Below are positions 10,058 to 21,202 of a stretch of 64,000 nucleotides of DNA, one piece after another (the stretch's first letter is position 1; every line of letters begins with the position of its first letter). The notes beneath the pieces were generated by a model. That model saw nothing but the letters and a program-made list of their open reading frames with translations. It did not search any database and was not told the DNA's origin. The position numbers and the translations under genes were made by a program. Source of the stretch: a virus; the IMG/VR virus record IMGVR_UViG_3300029319_000025, positions 5,110-69,109 of that record. One strand, written 5' to 3'.

Positions 10058-10804
10058 ATGGAAAATAAAACAAAAAAATCTCCTAAATGGGAGATAAAAG
10101 ATAGGATGTATGAGCTTACTGGAAGCCACAGACCTATCGTAAGAATAATGAAAAGAAAAAACCTTTATTGGTTTGATGAGGAAAAAGGTTATCAAAGAGA
10201 GATGGCGTATGCTATTAATCAAAAAACACCTTTTGTAGATGAGTTTAAAGGAAGAGTAAGACCTGGACATATTATATTTAGAGACGGGATCTTATTTGTT
10301 GAAAAAGAAAACACAGTTCTACAACAATTACTGTCTATATATCACCCTGACAAAGACTTAATTTATAGAGAAGTAGATAATGAGGTTGATGCAGAAGCTG
10401 ATTTAGATGTATTTGAATTAGAAATAGATGCTTTAAATGCAGCTGCAGAGATGGAAGTTGAGCAAATGGAAGCTATAATGCGTGCAGAGATCGGTTCTAA
10501 CGTTAATAAGATGAAATCTAAGGAGCTTAGAAGAGATACTTTAATATTTGCTAGAGAAAATCCAGAATTATTCTTAAAACTAGCTAAAGATGAAGATGTT
10601 ACTCTTAGAAATTTAGGTATAAAAGCTGTTGAAGCTGGTATATTAGAATTATCTCAAGATAATAGAACGTTTACAGCTGGTAAAGAAAAAAGAAAACTAT
10701 TTGAAGTACCTTTTGATGAACACCCTTATTCTGCTTTAGCCGCTTGGTTTAAAACAGACGAAGGATTAAAAGTGTTAAAATCAGTAGAGAAAAAATTAAA
10801 ATAA
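10058..10804 (+). CDS. Conserved phage protein downstream of MCP
   Basis: 248-aa ORF in the structural operon. Confidence 0.8.
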   Translation: MENKTKKSPKWEIKDRMYELTGSHRPIVRIMKRKNLYWFDEEKGYQREMAYAINQKTPFVDEFKGRVRPGHIIFRDGILFVEKENTVLQQLLSIYHPDKDLIYREVDNEVDAEADLDVFELEIDALNAAAEMEVEQMEAIMRAEIGSNVNKMKSKELRRDTLIFARENPELFLKLAKDEDVTLRNLGIKAVEAGILELSQDNRTFTAGKEKRKLFEVPFDEHPYSALAAWFKTDEGLKVLKSVEKKLK

Positions 10805-10809
10805 ATCAT

Positions 10810-10850
10810 TTTATAGAGTGGTCATCTCTATAAGGTGACCACTTTATAAA
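10810..10850 (+). terminator. Hairpin/terminator
   Basis: TTTATAGAGTGGTCATCT-CTATA-AGGTGACCACTTTATAAA inverted repeat. Confidence 0.65.
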
Positions 10851-10862
10851 TAAAAAGAAATT

Positions 10863-11609
10863 ATGATAAACGTAAATACAGTATATAAATCAGTTTTATC
10901 AATACTAAACAAAGAGCAAAGAGGTTTTTTAACGCCTGATGAATTTAATAAACTAGCTAAACAAGCTCAATTAAATTTATTAGAAGTGGCTTTTGCAGAG
11001 TATAATAGATTTTTAGTGGCAGATAATGTTAATAGAATAAATGCTGGATATGCTGATTTACCAGAAAAAACTAAAGAAAAAATAGAAGCATTTTATGCAA
11101 CGTCTACTTTATCTGGCCCACCTTATTCGTTACCTAGCAATGTGTTTAAGTTGATAGAAGTAAATATGCTAAACAAAACACTTTCACTAGAAGAAATAGA
11201 TAAAAATGAGCTTTCATATATATTATCTTCACCTTTAACAAAACCATCAAAAGACTTTCCTGTATATTACAAAACAACAACAGCTACTACAGGCGCTACA
11301 ACTATAATAGTAGAGCCAAGTACTACAGACACTATAACCGTAGATTATATTAGAATACCTACAGAACCTAGGTTTGGATATACAGTAAACTCAACATATG
11401 GAACTAACGTTTACGACGCAACAACCTACGATGCTAATACACACGCAGGAACAACGCAAGGTTCAACAAATTTTGAATTACATCCATCAGAGGAGTCTAT
11501 GCTTATTATGGCAATTTTAGCTCAAGCTGGTATTGTAATAAAATCACAAGATATATCATCATATACTGCTAGAGCCATGCAAGGAATAGCAGCACTTAAA
11601 GCACAATAA
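10863..11609 (+). CDS. Virion structural protein (tail ring/adaptor-like)
   Basis: Position after the capsid block; LNKEQRGFLTPDEFN N-terminus, VDYIRIP...FELHPSEE C-terminus. Confidence 0.65.
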   Translation: MINVNTVYKSVLSILNKEQRGFLTPDEFNKLAKQAQLNLLEVAFAEYNRFLVADNVNRINAGYADLPEKTKEKIEAFYATSTLSGPPYSLPSNVFKLIEVNMLNKTLSLEEIDKNELSYILSSPLTKPSKDFPVYYKTTTATTGATTIIVEPSTTDTITVDYIRIPTEPRFGYTVNSTYGTNVYDATTYDANTHAGTTQGSTNFELHPSEESMLIMAILAQAGIVIKSQDISSYTARAMQGIAALKAQ

Positions 11610-11611
11610 AC

Positions 11612-12817
11612 ATGTCATTACTAAACGCAACACCTTTACAATATTTTAAAAGCAAGTATCAATGGGACGGATCAGATGGTGCTACTCATAACTACACAGG
11701 TTCAAATGGATTAAACTATAGTATAAATAATGCTATTTTTACTATATCGTCTAGCTTTCCATATACGCCTGACTCAATAAATGATTTTACTGTAACCATA
11801 AACGGTGAAACTCAAGTACAAAGTAATTACACTTACGCTATAGTAAATGGAGTGGCTACATTAACTTTTAATGCTATAACATCTAATTTTAACACAACAG
11901 CTTTAACAAACGCTAGTGGTATACCTAGTAATGCTATAATAGATTTAATATTAAATAATCAAGTATTAGGAGATTATAGATATATATCGCTAAAAGATAT
12001 AGTTGGAAACTTTATGATAGGGTATGTAGGTGATGGTAAACTAGTAAACACAGCAAAAAGATCTGAAGTTTTATTTCAAGCAAAAAGATGTATACAAGAG
12101 TTTGCTTATGATATTTCAAGAGTAGAAAAAATACAAGAATTAGAAATACCACCAAGCCTAAGTATACCAATGCCTCAAGATTATGTTAATTATGTTAGAT
12201 TGTCTTGGGTTGATAATGCTGGTATAGAACATATAATATATCCTTCAAGAGACACATCAATACCAACCCAAGCAATATTACAAGACTCTGATTATGATTA
12301 CTTGTATGACGTTAATGAAAATTTATTAGTTGGTAGTGCTTTAACAAACGAAAGGTTTAGAGATTTTGATGCTACTAATCTTTCAGGAACTCTAGAGTCT
12401 AATGATTATTTTTATCACACTAATTACCATACAGAAAAAATAGGTAACATTGGTCAAAGATATGGCGGTAATCCTGAAAATATGCAGGAAAACGGTTTAT
12501 TCATAATAGATGAAGCAAACGGTAAAATATCTTTTAGCAGTAATTTAAAAGATAAACTAATTACATTTAAATATATTTCAGATGGTTTAGCAACTGATAA
12601 TGAAATGAAAATACATAAATTTGCAGAAGACGCTATGTATCAAAGTATTTTATTTAATTTATTAAGCACTAGAATAGGTATTCCAGAGTTTATAATTAAT
12701 AGATATAGAAGATCAAGAAGAGCTGCAATGCGTAACGCTAAAATTAGATTATCTAATTTAAAAGTAGGAGAGCTTACACAAGTTATGAGAGGTAAGTCTA
12801 AACATATAAAACACTAA
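11612..12817 (+). CDS. Virion structural protein (tail ring-like)
   Basis: MPQDYVNYVRLSWVD core; structural operon context. Confidence 0.65.
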   Translation: MSLLNATPLQYFKSKYQWDGSDGATHNYTGSNGLNYSINNAIFTISSSFPYTPDSINDFTVTINGETQVQSNYTYAIVNGVATLTFNAITSNFNTTALTNASGIPSNAIIDLILNNQVLGDYRYISLKDIVGNFMIGYVGDGKLVNTAKRSEVLFQAKRCIQEFAYDISRVEKIQELEIPPSLSIPMPQDYVNYVRLSWVDNAGIEHIIYPSRDTSIPTQAILQDSDYDYLYDVNENLLVGSALTNERFRDFDATNLSGTLESNDYFYHTNYHTEKIGNIGQRYGGNPENMQENGLFIIDEANGKISFSSNLKDKLITFKYISDGLATDNEMKIHKFAEDAMYQSILFNLLSTRIGIPEFIINRYRRSRRAAMRNAKIRLSNLKVGELTQVMRGKSKHIKH

Positions 12818-12821
12818 TTAA

Positions 12822-15800
12822 ATGGCGCAACTAAAGAACATGTTTATCAAGGGTAAAATGAATTTAGACCTTGATGAAAGAATTATACCTAAAGGTGAAT
12901 ATAGAAAAGCACAAAACATACTTGTAACAAACAGTGAAGATTCTGACGTTGGAGCTATTGAAAACGTTAGAGGTAATGAGCTTGTTGGTGATACTTCATT
13001 AAATTTAGGTAATGGTATAGAAGATACTGGTGTTTGTATAGGTTCTTATGTTGACGTTTCTAAAGAAAGAATATTTTGGTTTATAACAAATTTTACATCT
13101 ACTCAACCAGAGTCTGGTATAAACAATGTTGATAGAGCTAGCAGTAGTCACAATGAAAACTGTAGAATAATAATGAGAGAAAAAACAGGATCTATTCATG
13201 TTTTAGTGGATGGTGTTTTTTTAAATCTTACAACTACTCACCATATAACAGGTGTAAATGTTGTAGGTAATTATCTATATTGGACAGACAATTATAATCA
13301 ACCTAGGTACATAGATATTGAGTTAGCTAAATCAGATGGTTCATATTATAACTGTGAAGATAAAATATCTGTTGCTAAAGTAGCTCCATTTATACCGCCA
13401 TTTCTACATAACTCAAATGAAGCTGGTTCTAACGCTAATTTAGGTGATGGTTATACTTTAAGAACAACTGATCCTACTTCTAGTTCTCAGCATACTAAGT
13501 CTGAGTACATGGAAGAAAAATTTATTAGGTTTGCTTATAGATACAAATACAGCGATAATACGTATTCTATTATATCACCATTTACACAAAACGTATTTAA
13601 ACCTTTAGCAAATGGTCAAATGAAGTTTGGTTCAACATCAAAAACAGGTAGTGGATCAGGTGATCTTGCTAACGAACCTGTAGTGAGTAATAGTATACAA
13701 TATATTTATACTCACAACGAAGTACCTATAATGAAAAACGCTTATGATAAGGTCGTAATGCGTATACCAATACCAACTTGTAGTGATAATGGAATTATTT
13801 CAGAACATAATACAGCTGGTAATCAAATAAGTAGCAACTCTTATCCTAATCTTTTAAAAATAGATAGTATTGAAATATTATTAAGAGAAGCTGGTACTAA
13901 TTCTATACAAATAGTTGATACTATAGACTTAATCAACACAGCTGGTTTAAATTTTGGAAGATATAAACAAAAAATAGCTACAAGTGGTGGTTTTTACTAC
14001 AGACAAACCGTAGAATATACTTATATAGCTAGAGACCCTTTTAAAGTTTTACCAGAAAAACAATTAATAAGAGTTGGTGACAATGCTCCTGTTAGAGCTA
14101 AAGCACAAGAAGTTGTAGGTAGTAGACTTGTTTATGGAAACATAACTTTAGGTTATGATTTACCTAGAGACGAAGACAACAAAAGAGGAATTAAGTTTTT
14201 TGTAACTAGTGGTCCTAAAGGTAAAAACGAACAAGGTTACACAGCTAATTCTATTGGTCATTATTTTCACAATCATGAGCAATATAAGTTTCATAATATA
14301 AAACAAAGAAGAACTTATCAAGTTGGTATTGTTTTAGTTGATAGATACGGAAGAACATCACCAGTAATACCATCTACTTACAAAACAACAAATTTAGGTG
14401 ACACTCATACTGTTGACGCGGTAACAGCTGATTTATCTGTAAATTTTAACAATGGAAATGCAGATGTTTATAGTTGGAGCGACACTGGGCTTGCTTATGG
14501 TCAAGCTTTATCTGTAGAGTTTCCAGACTCAAGAATAGTAGAAACAAATAGAACTTATAATAGAACAGATAGACCAAACGGTTGGTATTCTTGGAGAATA
14601 GTTGTAAAGCAAGTTGAACAAGATTATTACAATGTATACACAGAGCATCCCATGAACAACTGGACTGTTGAAGATGCTACAACAACTTCTTTTACTGGTT
14701 ATAGAGATCAACACATAAAAGGTAAGTTTAGTACTGCTCCAGGAAGCAAAAGTTGGTTTACATTATCAAATGACAATATTAATAAAGTTCCTAGATCTAT
14801 TAAAAACTTTAATGATGATGGTAGAGATTTTGGTGTAAATAGAGATGGTTTTGGTAGATTAATTAGTAGTTCAAACGAAGGTCTTTCTGGATCTGAAGAA
14901 AAATTATATCCTAAAGTTGTACAAAAAAGTAGTACAATAGCTGGTAGATATTTTGATTCTCAAATGGGTGATCCTCAACAAGATTATATAAATGTACTTA
15001 GTATTGGTTCTGCTATAGATCAAGGTTTGTCTAGTTTGTCAAACGCAAAAAGAGATGATGGTCAAAACAACGCAAACAGTGTTCAAGACTCTTTATACGA
15101 AGACAGACCTAGGCCTTATAGTTTTTTAGCTGATAATCACAAAAACCCTTTAGTTGCAGAAATACCAAACTTATATTTAGAACCAGTTGCTGTTAGTGGC
15201 GAGTTTAATGTAAATGGTAGTGATGTTATAAGAACAAGTAATAACAACCTTTCTAATATGCCTTTCGGTTATCCAAAAGGTAAAGATAGAGGATTAACTG
15301 TTTTTGAAACAAAGCCGTTTGAATCAAATATAGATATATATTATGAAACATCTAGTTGCGGTTTAGTTAGAGATTTAAATGAACATTGTGACTACGCAAA
15401 TCAAGGGCCTACAAATATAAGAATAACACCTACCTTTCAAGAAAGTAGTTTCACAGCTGGTTTAGCTGCTAATATATTAGAAGAAGCTAAATTTACATCT
15501 ACACCAGGCCAAAACCACGCTCAAGTAGGTGCATTAACTGCAACACCTTATAATGATGGAAGTAACCCAACAATAACAAGTTTTGAAATACTTGCTTGTA
15601 GTAATGGTTTTAATGATGGTAACGATTTATCTAAGTTTTCTATAGCTTTTGAAGATGATAAATCATTTGTTAAAATATCATCAGTTCAAAACACTCAAGC
15701 AGCTGCAGATAGCTTTAATCTATCAACAGGTGGCACTGTACTTAGGTTAGATTATAAAAATATAAGAAACTTAACAGCTACTTCAACAAACTTTGTTGAC

Positions 15801-16790
15801 GCAGCTCCAGATTTACCATCGGCTTTTGATACAGATGGTTTTTACAGAATTATTTCTTATCTAGGACATCATAGCTCAGCAAATAACAATGAAATGATAA
15901 AACAATGTATTGTTATTCAAGTAGCTAACAACCAAATAACAAACTTTTTTAGTTCTAATTTAAATAATACGCCTACTAATATAAACCAACAGTTTATGTT
16001 AAAAACAAATGATTTATTTGCTTTTCAAAACAATAACTCAAGAGACGTATTTAATATAACTTTAAGAGCAATACAAAGCAACCAAATAACTGGTACTGAA
16101 AATATAACTGTTACTGTAATAAACTCAAAACCAACAGCAAATACTCACGCTAGTATATTAATACCTAGCACTACAACAGCAGGTCCTGGTGGTGGTAAAA
16201 ACTTAGCAACACTAACAGCTGTTAATGGTTCTGCAGATCCTCTTAATAATACTTTTGGATTAACAAGTACTATAGGTGGAACAAATGCTAGTTCTTTTGA
16301 GCTAAATCAAAATCAATTTGCTCCAGGTAACTTTATTTTAGGCGCTAGTAGCACTTTTAATTTTAGTGCTTTATTTGGAACTCCTAACAACGGTGTTTAT
16401 CCTAACTCACCTTCAATAAATTGGCAAGTTGAAGATAATGGTGGTTTAAACTCTCTTTTAAACGGTAGTTTACCAACTACTATAAGTTTTATAGGTGTTC
16501 AAGTTGTAAACGTACAAGGTTTTCACTCTTCAGTAAGTGGTGCAGAAGCGTGTACTGGTGTTCAAACTCAAACTTTAACTAGCTACGCTGTAACAAAAGG
16601 ATCTGCTAATACAATGTACACACAAGCAGGTGGATTACAGGTTGGTAACAAAGTATACACTAATAATAATTTAACACAAACTCCTGGCGCTGGTTTTATA
16701 GCAATAGCAGTTGGATCAGGCCACAAGTCTTATCCAATAAATGCTTCAGGAGCAATAACAGGCGCGGGAACTACGTGCGTAATAGTATAA
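12822..16790 (+). CDS. Tail stabilisation/nozzle protein, N-terminal part (P22 gp10/muzzle-like) with C-terminal extension
   Basis: GKMNLDLDERIIPKGEYRKAQN start, LYWTDNYNQPRYI propeller motif, RFAYRYKY, YQVGIVLVDRYGR. Confidence 0.7.
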   Translation: MAQLKNMFIKGKMNLDLDERIIPKGEYRKAQNILVTNSEDSDVGAIENVRGNELVGDTSLNLGNGIEDTGVCIGSYVDVSKERIFWFITNFTSTQPESGINNVDRASSSHNENCRIIMREKTGSIHVLVDGVFLNLTTTHHITGVNVVGNYLYWTDNYNQPRYIDIELAKSDGSYYNCEDKISVAKVAPFIPPFLHNSNEAGSNANLGDGYTLRTTDPTSSSQHTKSEYMEEKFIRFAYRYKYSDNTYSIISPFTQNVFKPLANGQMKFGSTSKTGSGSGDLANEPVVSNSIQYIYTHNEVPIMKNAYDKVVMRIPIPTCSDNGIISEHNTAGNQISSNSYPNLLKIDSIEILLREAGTNSIQIVDTIDLINTAGLNFGRYKQKIATSGGFYYRQTVEYTYIARDPFKVLPEKQLIRVGDNAPVRAKAQEVVGSRLVYGNITLGYDLPRDEDNKRGIKFFVTSGPKGKNEQGYTANSIGHYFHNHEQYKFHNIKQRRTYQVGIVLVDRYGRTSPVIPSTYKTTNLGDTHTVDAVTADLSVNFNNGNADVYSWSDTGLAYGQALSVEFPDSRIVETNRTYNRTDRPNGWYSWRIVVKQVEQDYYNVYTEHPMNNWTVEDATTTSFTGYRDQHIKGKFSTAPGSKSWFTLSNDNINKVPRSIKNFNDDGRDFGVNRDGFGRLISSSNEGLSGSEEKLYPKVVQKSSTIAGRYFDSQMGDPQQDYINVLSIGSAIDQGLSSLSNAKRDDGQNNANSVQDSLYEDRPRPYSFLADNHKNPLVAEIPNLYLEPVAVSGEFNVNGSDVIRTSNNNLSNMPFGYPKGKDRGLTVFETKPFESNIDIYYETSSCGLVRDLNEHCDYANQGPTNIRITPTFQESSFTAGLAANILEEAKFTSTPGQNHAQVGALTATPYNDGSNPTITSFEILACSNGFNDGNDLSKFSIAFEDDKSFVKISSVQNTQAAADSFNLSTGGTVLRLDYKNIRNLTATSTNFVDAAPDLPSAFDTDGFYRIISYLGHHSSANNNEMIKQCIVIQVANNQITNFFSSNLNNTPTNINQQFMLKTNDLFAFQNNNSRDVFNITLRAIQSNQITGTENITVTVINSKPTANTHASILIPSTTTAGPGGGKNLATLTAVNGSADPLNNTFGLTSTIGGTNASSFELNQNQFAPGNFILGASSTFNFSALFGTPNNGVYPNSPSINWQVEDNGGLNSLLNGSLPTTISFIGVQVVNVQGFHSSVSGAEACTGVQTQTLTSYAVTKGSANTMYTQAGGLQVGNKVYTNNNLTQTPGAGFIAIAVGSGHKSYPINASGAITGAGTTCVIV

Positions 16791-16792
16791 AT

Positions 16793-18136
16793 ATGGGAGC
16801 AATATTAGAAATATCTTATTTTAACTCTATAGTTTTATCAGGCGGTAGAAACAGTTCCGCTCAAGAAGCAACTGGTGTATATCACGTAGAAGAGTCTAGA
16901 ATAAAAGGTGAATTTAATGGTAAACAAATGGACTACGGTGTTAAAGCACATATTACAGATGAAGAGTATGGTTCAAAAGTTAGAAAAAATGCTATGATTT
17001 ACTCTGGTATATTTAATTCAAGAACAAGTGTTAATGAATTAAATCAGTTTCCTAGTGGTGAAGATATAACTAGAGCTGTAGATATTGCAGAAGGTAGTAT
17101 ACAAAAACTACACGCTGAAGATACTAATTTAAATATATTTCAAGAAAACAAAGTAAATAGAGCTTTAATTGACAAAGACGCTATATTTACAGCTGAAGGT
17201 CAACCTTTAACAGCATCAGGAAAAATTGTTATAGGTCAAATAACTCCTTATTCTGGTGAATACGGTATAAGTGATAATCCTGAAAGCTTTGCTGTTTATG
17301 GTAATAGAAAATATTTTGCAGATAGAAGAAGAGGAGCTATATTAAGATTATCAAGAGACGGTTTAACACCTATATCAGATTCTGGTATGAAAGACTGGTT
17401 TAAAGATAACTTAAAAACATGTGATACTATATATGGAGCTTATGACGAGCAAAAAGGCACTTATTGTATAACTCTTGAAACTAATGATACTGTTAATAGA
17501 CCTATAAAAAATGGTATGGTTTTAGTTAATCCGTTTGGATTAGACACTAATATATTAGATTATGCTACAATTTGTTATTCTGAAAGAGTAAAAGGTTGGA
17601 CTTCTTTTTATACTTATAGAGTTAGACACGGTTTAAGTATGAATAACGATTTTTACACTTTTAGAGGTAATGATTTATGGTTACAACACAGTGAAAATGT
17701 AGCTAGAGGTAATTTTTATAACGCATTATATCCGTCTGATGTTGATTTTGTGTTTAATGACAAACCTGAAATAGTTAAAACTTTTTTAACTATAAACTAC
17801 GAAGGTACTACTGGTTGGTCTATGAAAACTTTTGAAACAGGTGGAAATACTATAAGTGGTTATAATACATACGATGATATGAACACTTGTTTTGAAATTC
17901 CCAGCGAAGGAACTCAACTAGGAGGTCAAACAATAGGTTTTGTTAAAAAAGAAGGCTTTTATTTTAGTGAGTTAAAAAACAAAGCTTTAGACTTTTTTCA
18001 AGACAACTCACATTTTAACACGACTGGTGTAAAAGGTTATTTTGCAGACGTTAAAATTAGATATTATAATACTGCAGAAACATCGTCATCAAGCAAAGCA
18101 GAATTATTTTCTGTAAACAGTGAAGTAATAGTTTAA
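16793..18136 (+). CDS. Tail stabilisation/nozzle protein, C-terminal part
   Basis: YGISDNPESFA, YFADRRRGAILRLSRDGLT, GWTSFY, FLTINYEG motifs; start revised to MGAILE. Confidence 0.7.
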   Translation: MGAILEISYFNSIVLSGGRNSSAQEATGVYHVEESRIKGEFNGKQMDYGVKAHITDEEYGSKVRKNAMIYSGIFNSRTSVNELNQFPSGEDITRAVDIAEGSIQKLHAEDTNLNIFQENKVNRALIDKDAIFTAEGQPLTASGKIVIGQITPYSGEYGISDNPESFAVYGNRKYFADRRRGAILRLSRDGLTPISDSGMKDWFKDNLKTCDTIYGAYDEQKGTYCITLETNDTVNRPIKNGMVLVNPFGLDTNILDYATICYSERVKGWTSFYTYRVRHGLSMNNDFYTFRGNDLWLQHSENVARGNFYNALYPSDVDFVFNDKPEIVKTFLTINYEGTTGWSMKTFETGGNTISGYNTYDDMNTCFEIPSEGTQLGGQTIGFVKKEGFYFSELKNKALDFFQDNSHFNTTGVKGYFADVKIRYYNTAETSSSSKAELFSVNSEVIV

Positions 18137-18140
18137 TTAT

Positions 18141-18596
18141 ATGAAATTACAAAATAAAGTTGATTACAGAAACAATGTAATGCAGCTAGAAGAAAAATTT
18201 AAAAACACAGAAGGCGCTTTAGTAGGTGAAGAGCTTGATAAATATAATCCTTTAAAACACATGTTTTGTGAAGGTTTTTATTTAAGAGAAGTAAATGCTC
18301 CTGCTGGTCAATTTTTAATTTCAAAAATACACAAGTTTGATCACCCTTATTTTTTAATGGAGGGTGAATGTTGTGTTTTAACCGAAGAAGGACCAATAAG
18401 AATAAAAGCACCTTATTATGGTATAACAAAAGCAGGTACTAAAAGAATTGTTTATGTTAACTCTAATATTAAGTGGGTTACAGTACACGCTACAGATAGT
18501 ACTAATTTAGAAAAAATAGAAGAAGAAATTATAGCAAAAGATTTTAATGATCCTGCTATAGATATAAAAATTTTGAAACAATTAAAAAACAAATAA
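18141..18596 (+). CDS. Cupin-fold protein
   Basis: H.F..G.Y.RE...KIH...H...L..G...GTKR...WVTVH pattern. Confidence 0.6.
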   Translation: MKLQNKVDYRNNVMQLEEKFKNTEGALVGEELDKYNPLKHMFCEGFYLREVNAPAGQFLISKIHKFDHPYFLMEGECCVLTEEGPIRIKAPYYGITKAGTKRIVYVNSNIKWVTVHATDSTNLEKIEEEIIAKDFNDPAIDIKILKQLKNK

Positions 18597-18597
18597 T

Positions 18598-19266
18598 ATG
18601 GCATGGATAGCAGTAGGTATTGGCGTCGCAAGTTTAGCAACATCGGCGTATAGTGCTCATAAGTCAAATCAACAAGCTAAAAGATCTGGTAAAAGAGCTG
18701 ACAGGCTTGAAGGTAAAATGGATGATTTAGAAGCTAACAGACAAGAAATTATAAACCCGTTTAGCGGTATGAGAAACCTGTCTGATATGGTGAGCAATCC
18801 ATTTGCTAATTTACAAGTAGCAACAGAAGCAGCTGAGTTTCAAGCTGAAGAAGCTGATATAGCTTTAGCCAACATGGTAGATACACTACAAGCTACTGGT
18901 CAAGGCGCTGGTGGTGCTACTGCTTTAGCACAAGCTGCTTTGAGAAGTAAAAGAGGCATATCTGCAGATTTAGCAAAACAAGAAGCTGAAAATGAAATGG
19001 CTAGAGCGCAAGGTGAGTTTAATGCTCAAACAATGAGGTTTAACGAAGCTAGACGTATGCAAGCAATGCAAGCGCAAGGTAGACAATACGTGTTTGAAAC
19101 TCAAGAAAACAGAGATATTGCACAATTAGATAGATTAGCTGGTTTAATAACTGGTAACAGATCTAACGAAGCTAAAGCAAGAGGACAAGCCTCATCAATA
19201 ATAGGAAGTGCTTTACCAAATGCTGTTTCCGCTGGACTTGGAGCTCATAACGCAATGAACTCTTAA
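18598..19266 (+). CDS. Putative internal virion/DNA-ejection protein
   Basis: Hydrophobic Gly/Ala N-terminus, GAGGATALAQAA, Ala/Gln-rich helices. Confidence 0.6.
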   Translation: MAWIAVGIGVASLATSAYSAHKSNQQAKRSGKRADRLEGKMDDLEANRQEIINPFSGMRNLSDMVSNPFANLQVATEAAEFQAEEADIALANMVDTLQATGQGAGGATALAQAALRSKRGISADLAKQEAENEMARAQGEFNAQTMRFNEARRMQAMQAQGRQYVFETQENRDIAQLDRLAGLITGNRSNEAKARGQASSIIGSALPNAVSAGLGAHNAMNS

Positions 19267-19279
19267 ATAAAATAATAAT

Positions 19280-21190
19280 ATGGCAACAAAAACAGGAATA
19301 CCAAGAGTTGGTGTAGAAACATACGGCACAAATATAAAAGCACCTGGAATTAATAAGCATACTACTTATACTAAAGGAGAAGTAGCAGAAATAACTGATT
19401 ATGATAAAGTTAACAGGGATATACAAAAATCTATAGCAACTATGGGTGAGGAGCTAGGAGAGTTTCTTGGTAAAGAAAGAGAAAGAAAAACTCTTGATCC
19501 AGATGTAGCTGCAGAATTAGGACTAGATCCTGAAAGCACATATAGTAGAGCTGATTTTATAGCTAATCAAATGAAAGATAATCCAGACATGACTCGTAAA
19601 GAGGCTAGACAAGCCTGGAGAAGAGCTAAAAAAGGTTCAGAGCCTGCTGATATTGATGATACTAGTATAGAAGAGAAAAAACAAATAGTTAATGAAGTTG
19701 CTGATGAAATAGGTGAAAAATCTGATAACGCGTTTACAAATGCCGCTGAAGATATATTAGGTGGTAGAAACTTTAATCAGCTAAATAGAAGGCAAAAGAT
19801 TTTAGCTAAAAAACAATTAGGAAAGTTGGCTCAAACAAAGCAAAGTATGGCTACACTTATGACAGAGTGGGCTGGTGCAGATCCTAATGATATTTCTTGG
19901 AAAAAATATGGTGCACATCCAGACGTTGCTGATTTTATGCAATATATAATAAGTGGCGATGGTGCTAAAAAAGATGGGTTACCTTATACTTTTAGTAGTG
20001 AAAACGGTGGTACTATATTATATGGTGATAATAAAAAACTTTTGATGAGAGATTTAGAGGCTGGTAAACATATTTATGCTACGGCTGATAATAAACAACT
20101 GAAGAAAGATGTAGCTGAAACAACTAAAAACAATGTTGCTGTTTTATTAAAAGCTGAAGATAAAATTATTAAAGCGTTAAACGATCAAAGCACTACACCA
20201 GAAGATCCAGCTTATAGCTATAATAGAGAGCAAAATATTAGAGACATGGTAAGAGCTGAATACAACCAAGGTATGTATGAAGATGTCTGGAACGCTGAGA
20301 TGAGAAACCGCTTTGAAAATGGTAGATATGTAAACTACAGCCCTGAAAAACATCAACAACTTGTTGAAGATTATTTATACGAACAGTATAATGAAAAAAT
20401 GGGTGAACAAAGTCCTTTGTTAGTAACTGACGAAGAAAATATTCAAGTAAATACTCGTAAAGTTGACCCTGTTACAGGTGGTAAAGTTAGAGTACAAAGT
20501 AGAAGTGGTGGTTATAAAGATGTAGACGCTGCTTTATATAATAGAGTAAAAACTAAAATCATGCCTGTTTTTGCTGAAATGGCTAAAGATCCACAAGGTA
20601 TAGTTTACACTGCTGGAGATGAAGACAACCCTATGCCTGAATTTGATGGAACTTTTGACGATATAAGAAAAGGTACAAAACCTACTTCAGAAGCACTAGA
20701 TCAAGCTATGGAGCAATATGTAGGTCAAGATTATTTTAGACCTAGATGGGCTGTAAACTTTAAATCTTCATTAAATGGCGTTATAAATAAATTCAATGAA
20801 GGAGAGACTTTAACTGAAAACGAAGAACAAGTTATTAAAGCTTATAAGGCTCATATAGGAGCTTTTGATGAAACAATGGATTTAACTTCTTTGTTTGACA
20901 AGCAGACAGGTGTTAAAGATCCTGTGTTTAATAGAGTTAGTAAAATAGTTACTTTAGATATAAAACAAGGTAAAGATGAGGTAGAAGAAAAAGAATACGA
21001 TTTAAAAATACCAGCTGAACTCGAAGAGTTTCAATCTTTAATTGTAGAACGAAGTGGAGATGATATGACTGATGCAACCTTTATAATGGATCAATTATTT
21101 GGAGACTTTAAATACACTGAATATAAAGCACCTCCACCTGTTTTCAAAAAAGCTACAACTGAAGAAGAGGAACAAGAAACAACTGAATAA
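19280..21190 (+). CDS. Putative internal virion protein
   Basis: 636 aa, between the ejection-like protein and the giant protein. Confidence 0.55.
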   Translation: MATKTGIPRVGVETYGTNIKAPGINKHTTYTKGEVAEITDYDKVNRDIQKSIATMGEELGEFLGKERERKTLDPDVAAELGLDPESTYSRADFIANQMKDNPDMTRKEARQAWRRAKKGSEPADIDDTSIEEKKQIVNEVADEIGEKSDNAFTNAAEDILGGRNFNQLNRRQKILAKKQLGKLAQTKQSMATLMTEWAGADPNDISWKKYGAHPDVADFMQYIISGDGAKKDGLPYTFSSENGGTILYGDNKKLLMRDLEAGKHIYATADNKQLKKDVAETTKNNVAVLLKAEDKIIKALNDQSTTPEDPAYSYNREQNIRDMVRAEYNQGMYEDVWNAEMRNRFENGRYVNYSPEKHQQLVEDYLYEQYNEKMGEQSPLLVTDEENIQVNTRKVDPVTGGKVRVQSRSGGYKDVDAALYNRVKTKIMPVFAEMAKDPQGIVYTAGDEDNPMPEFDGTFDDIRKGTKPTSEALDQAMEQYVGQDYFRPRWAVNFKSSLNGVINKFNEGETLTENEEQVIKAYKAHIGAFDETMDLTSLFDKQTGVKDPVFNRVSKIVTLDIKQGKDEVEEKEYDLKIPAELEEFQSLIVERSGDDMTDATFIMDQLFGDFKYTEYKAPPPVFKKATTEEEEQETTE

Positions 21191-21202
21191 AATACTATAT
21201 AC

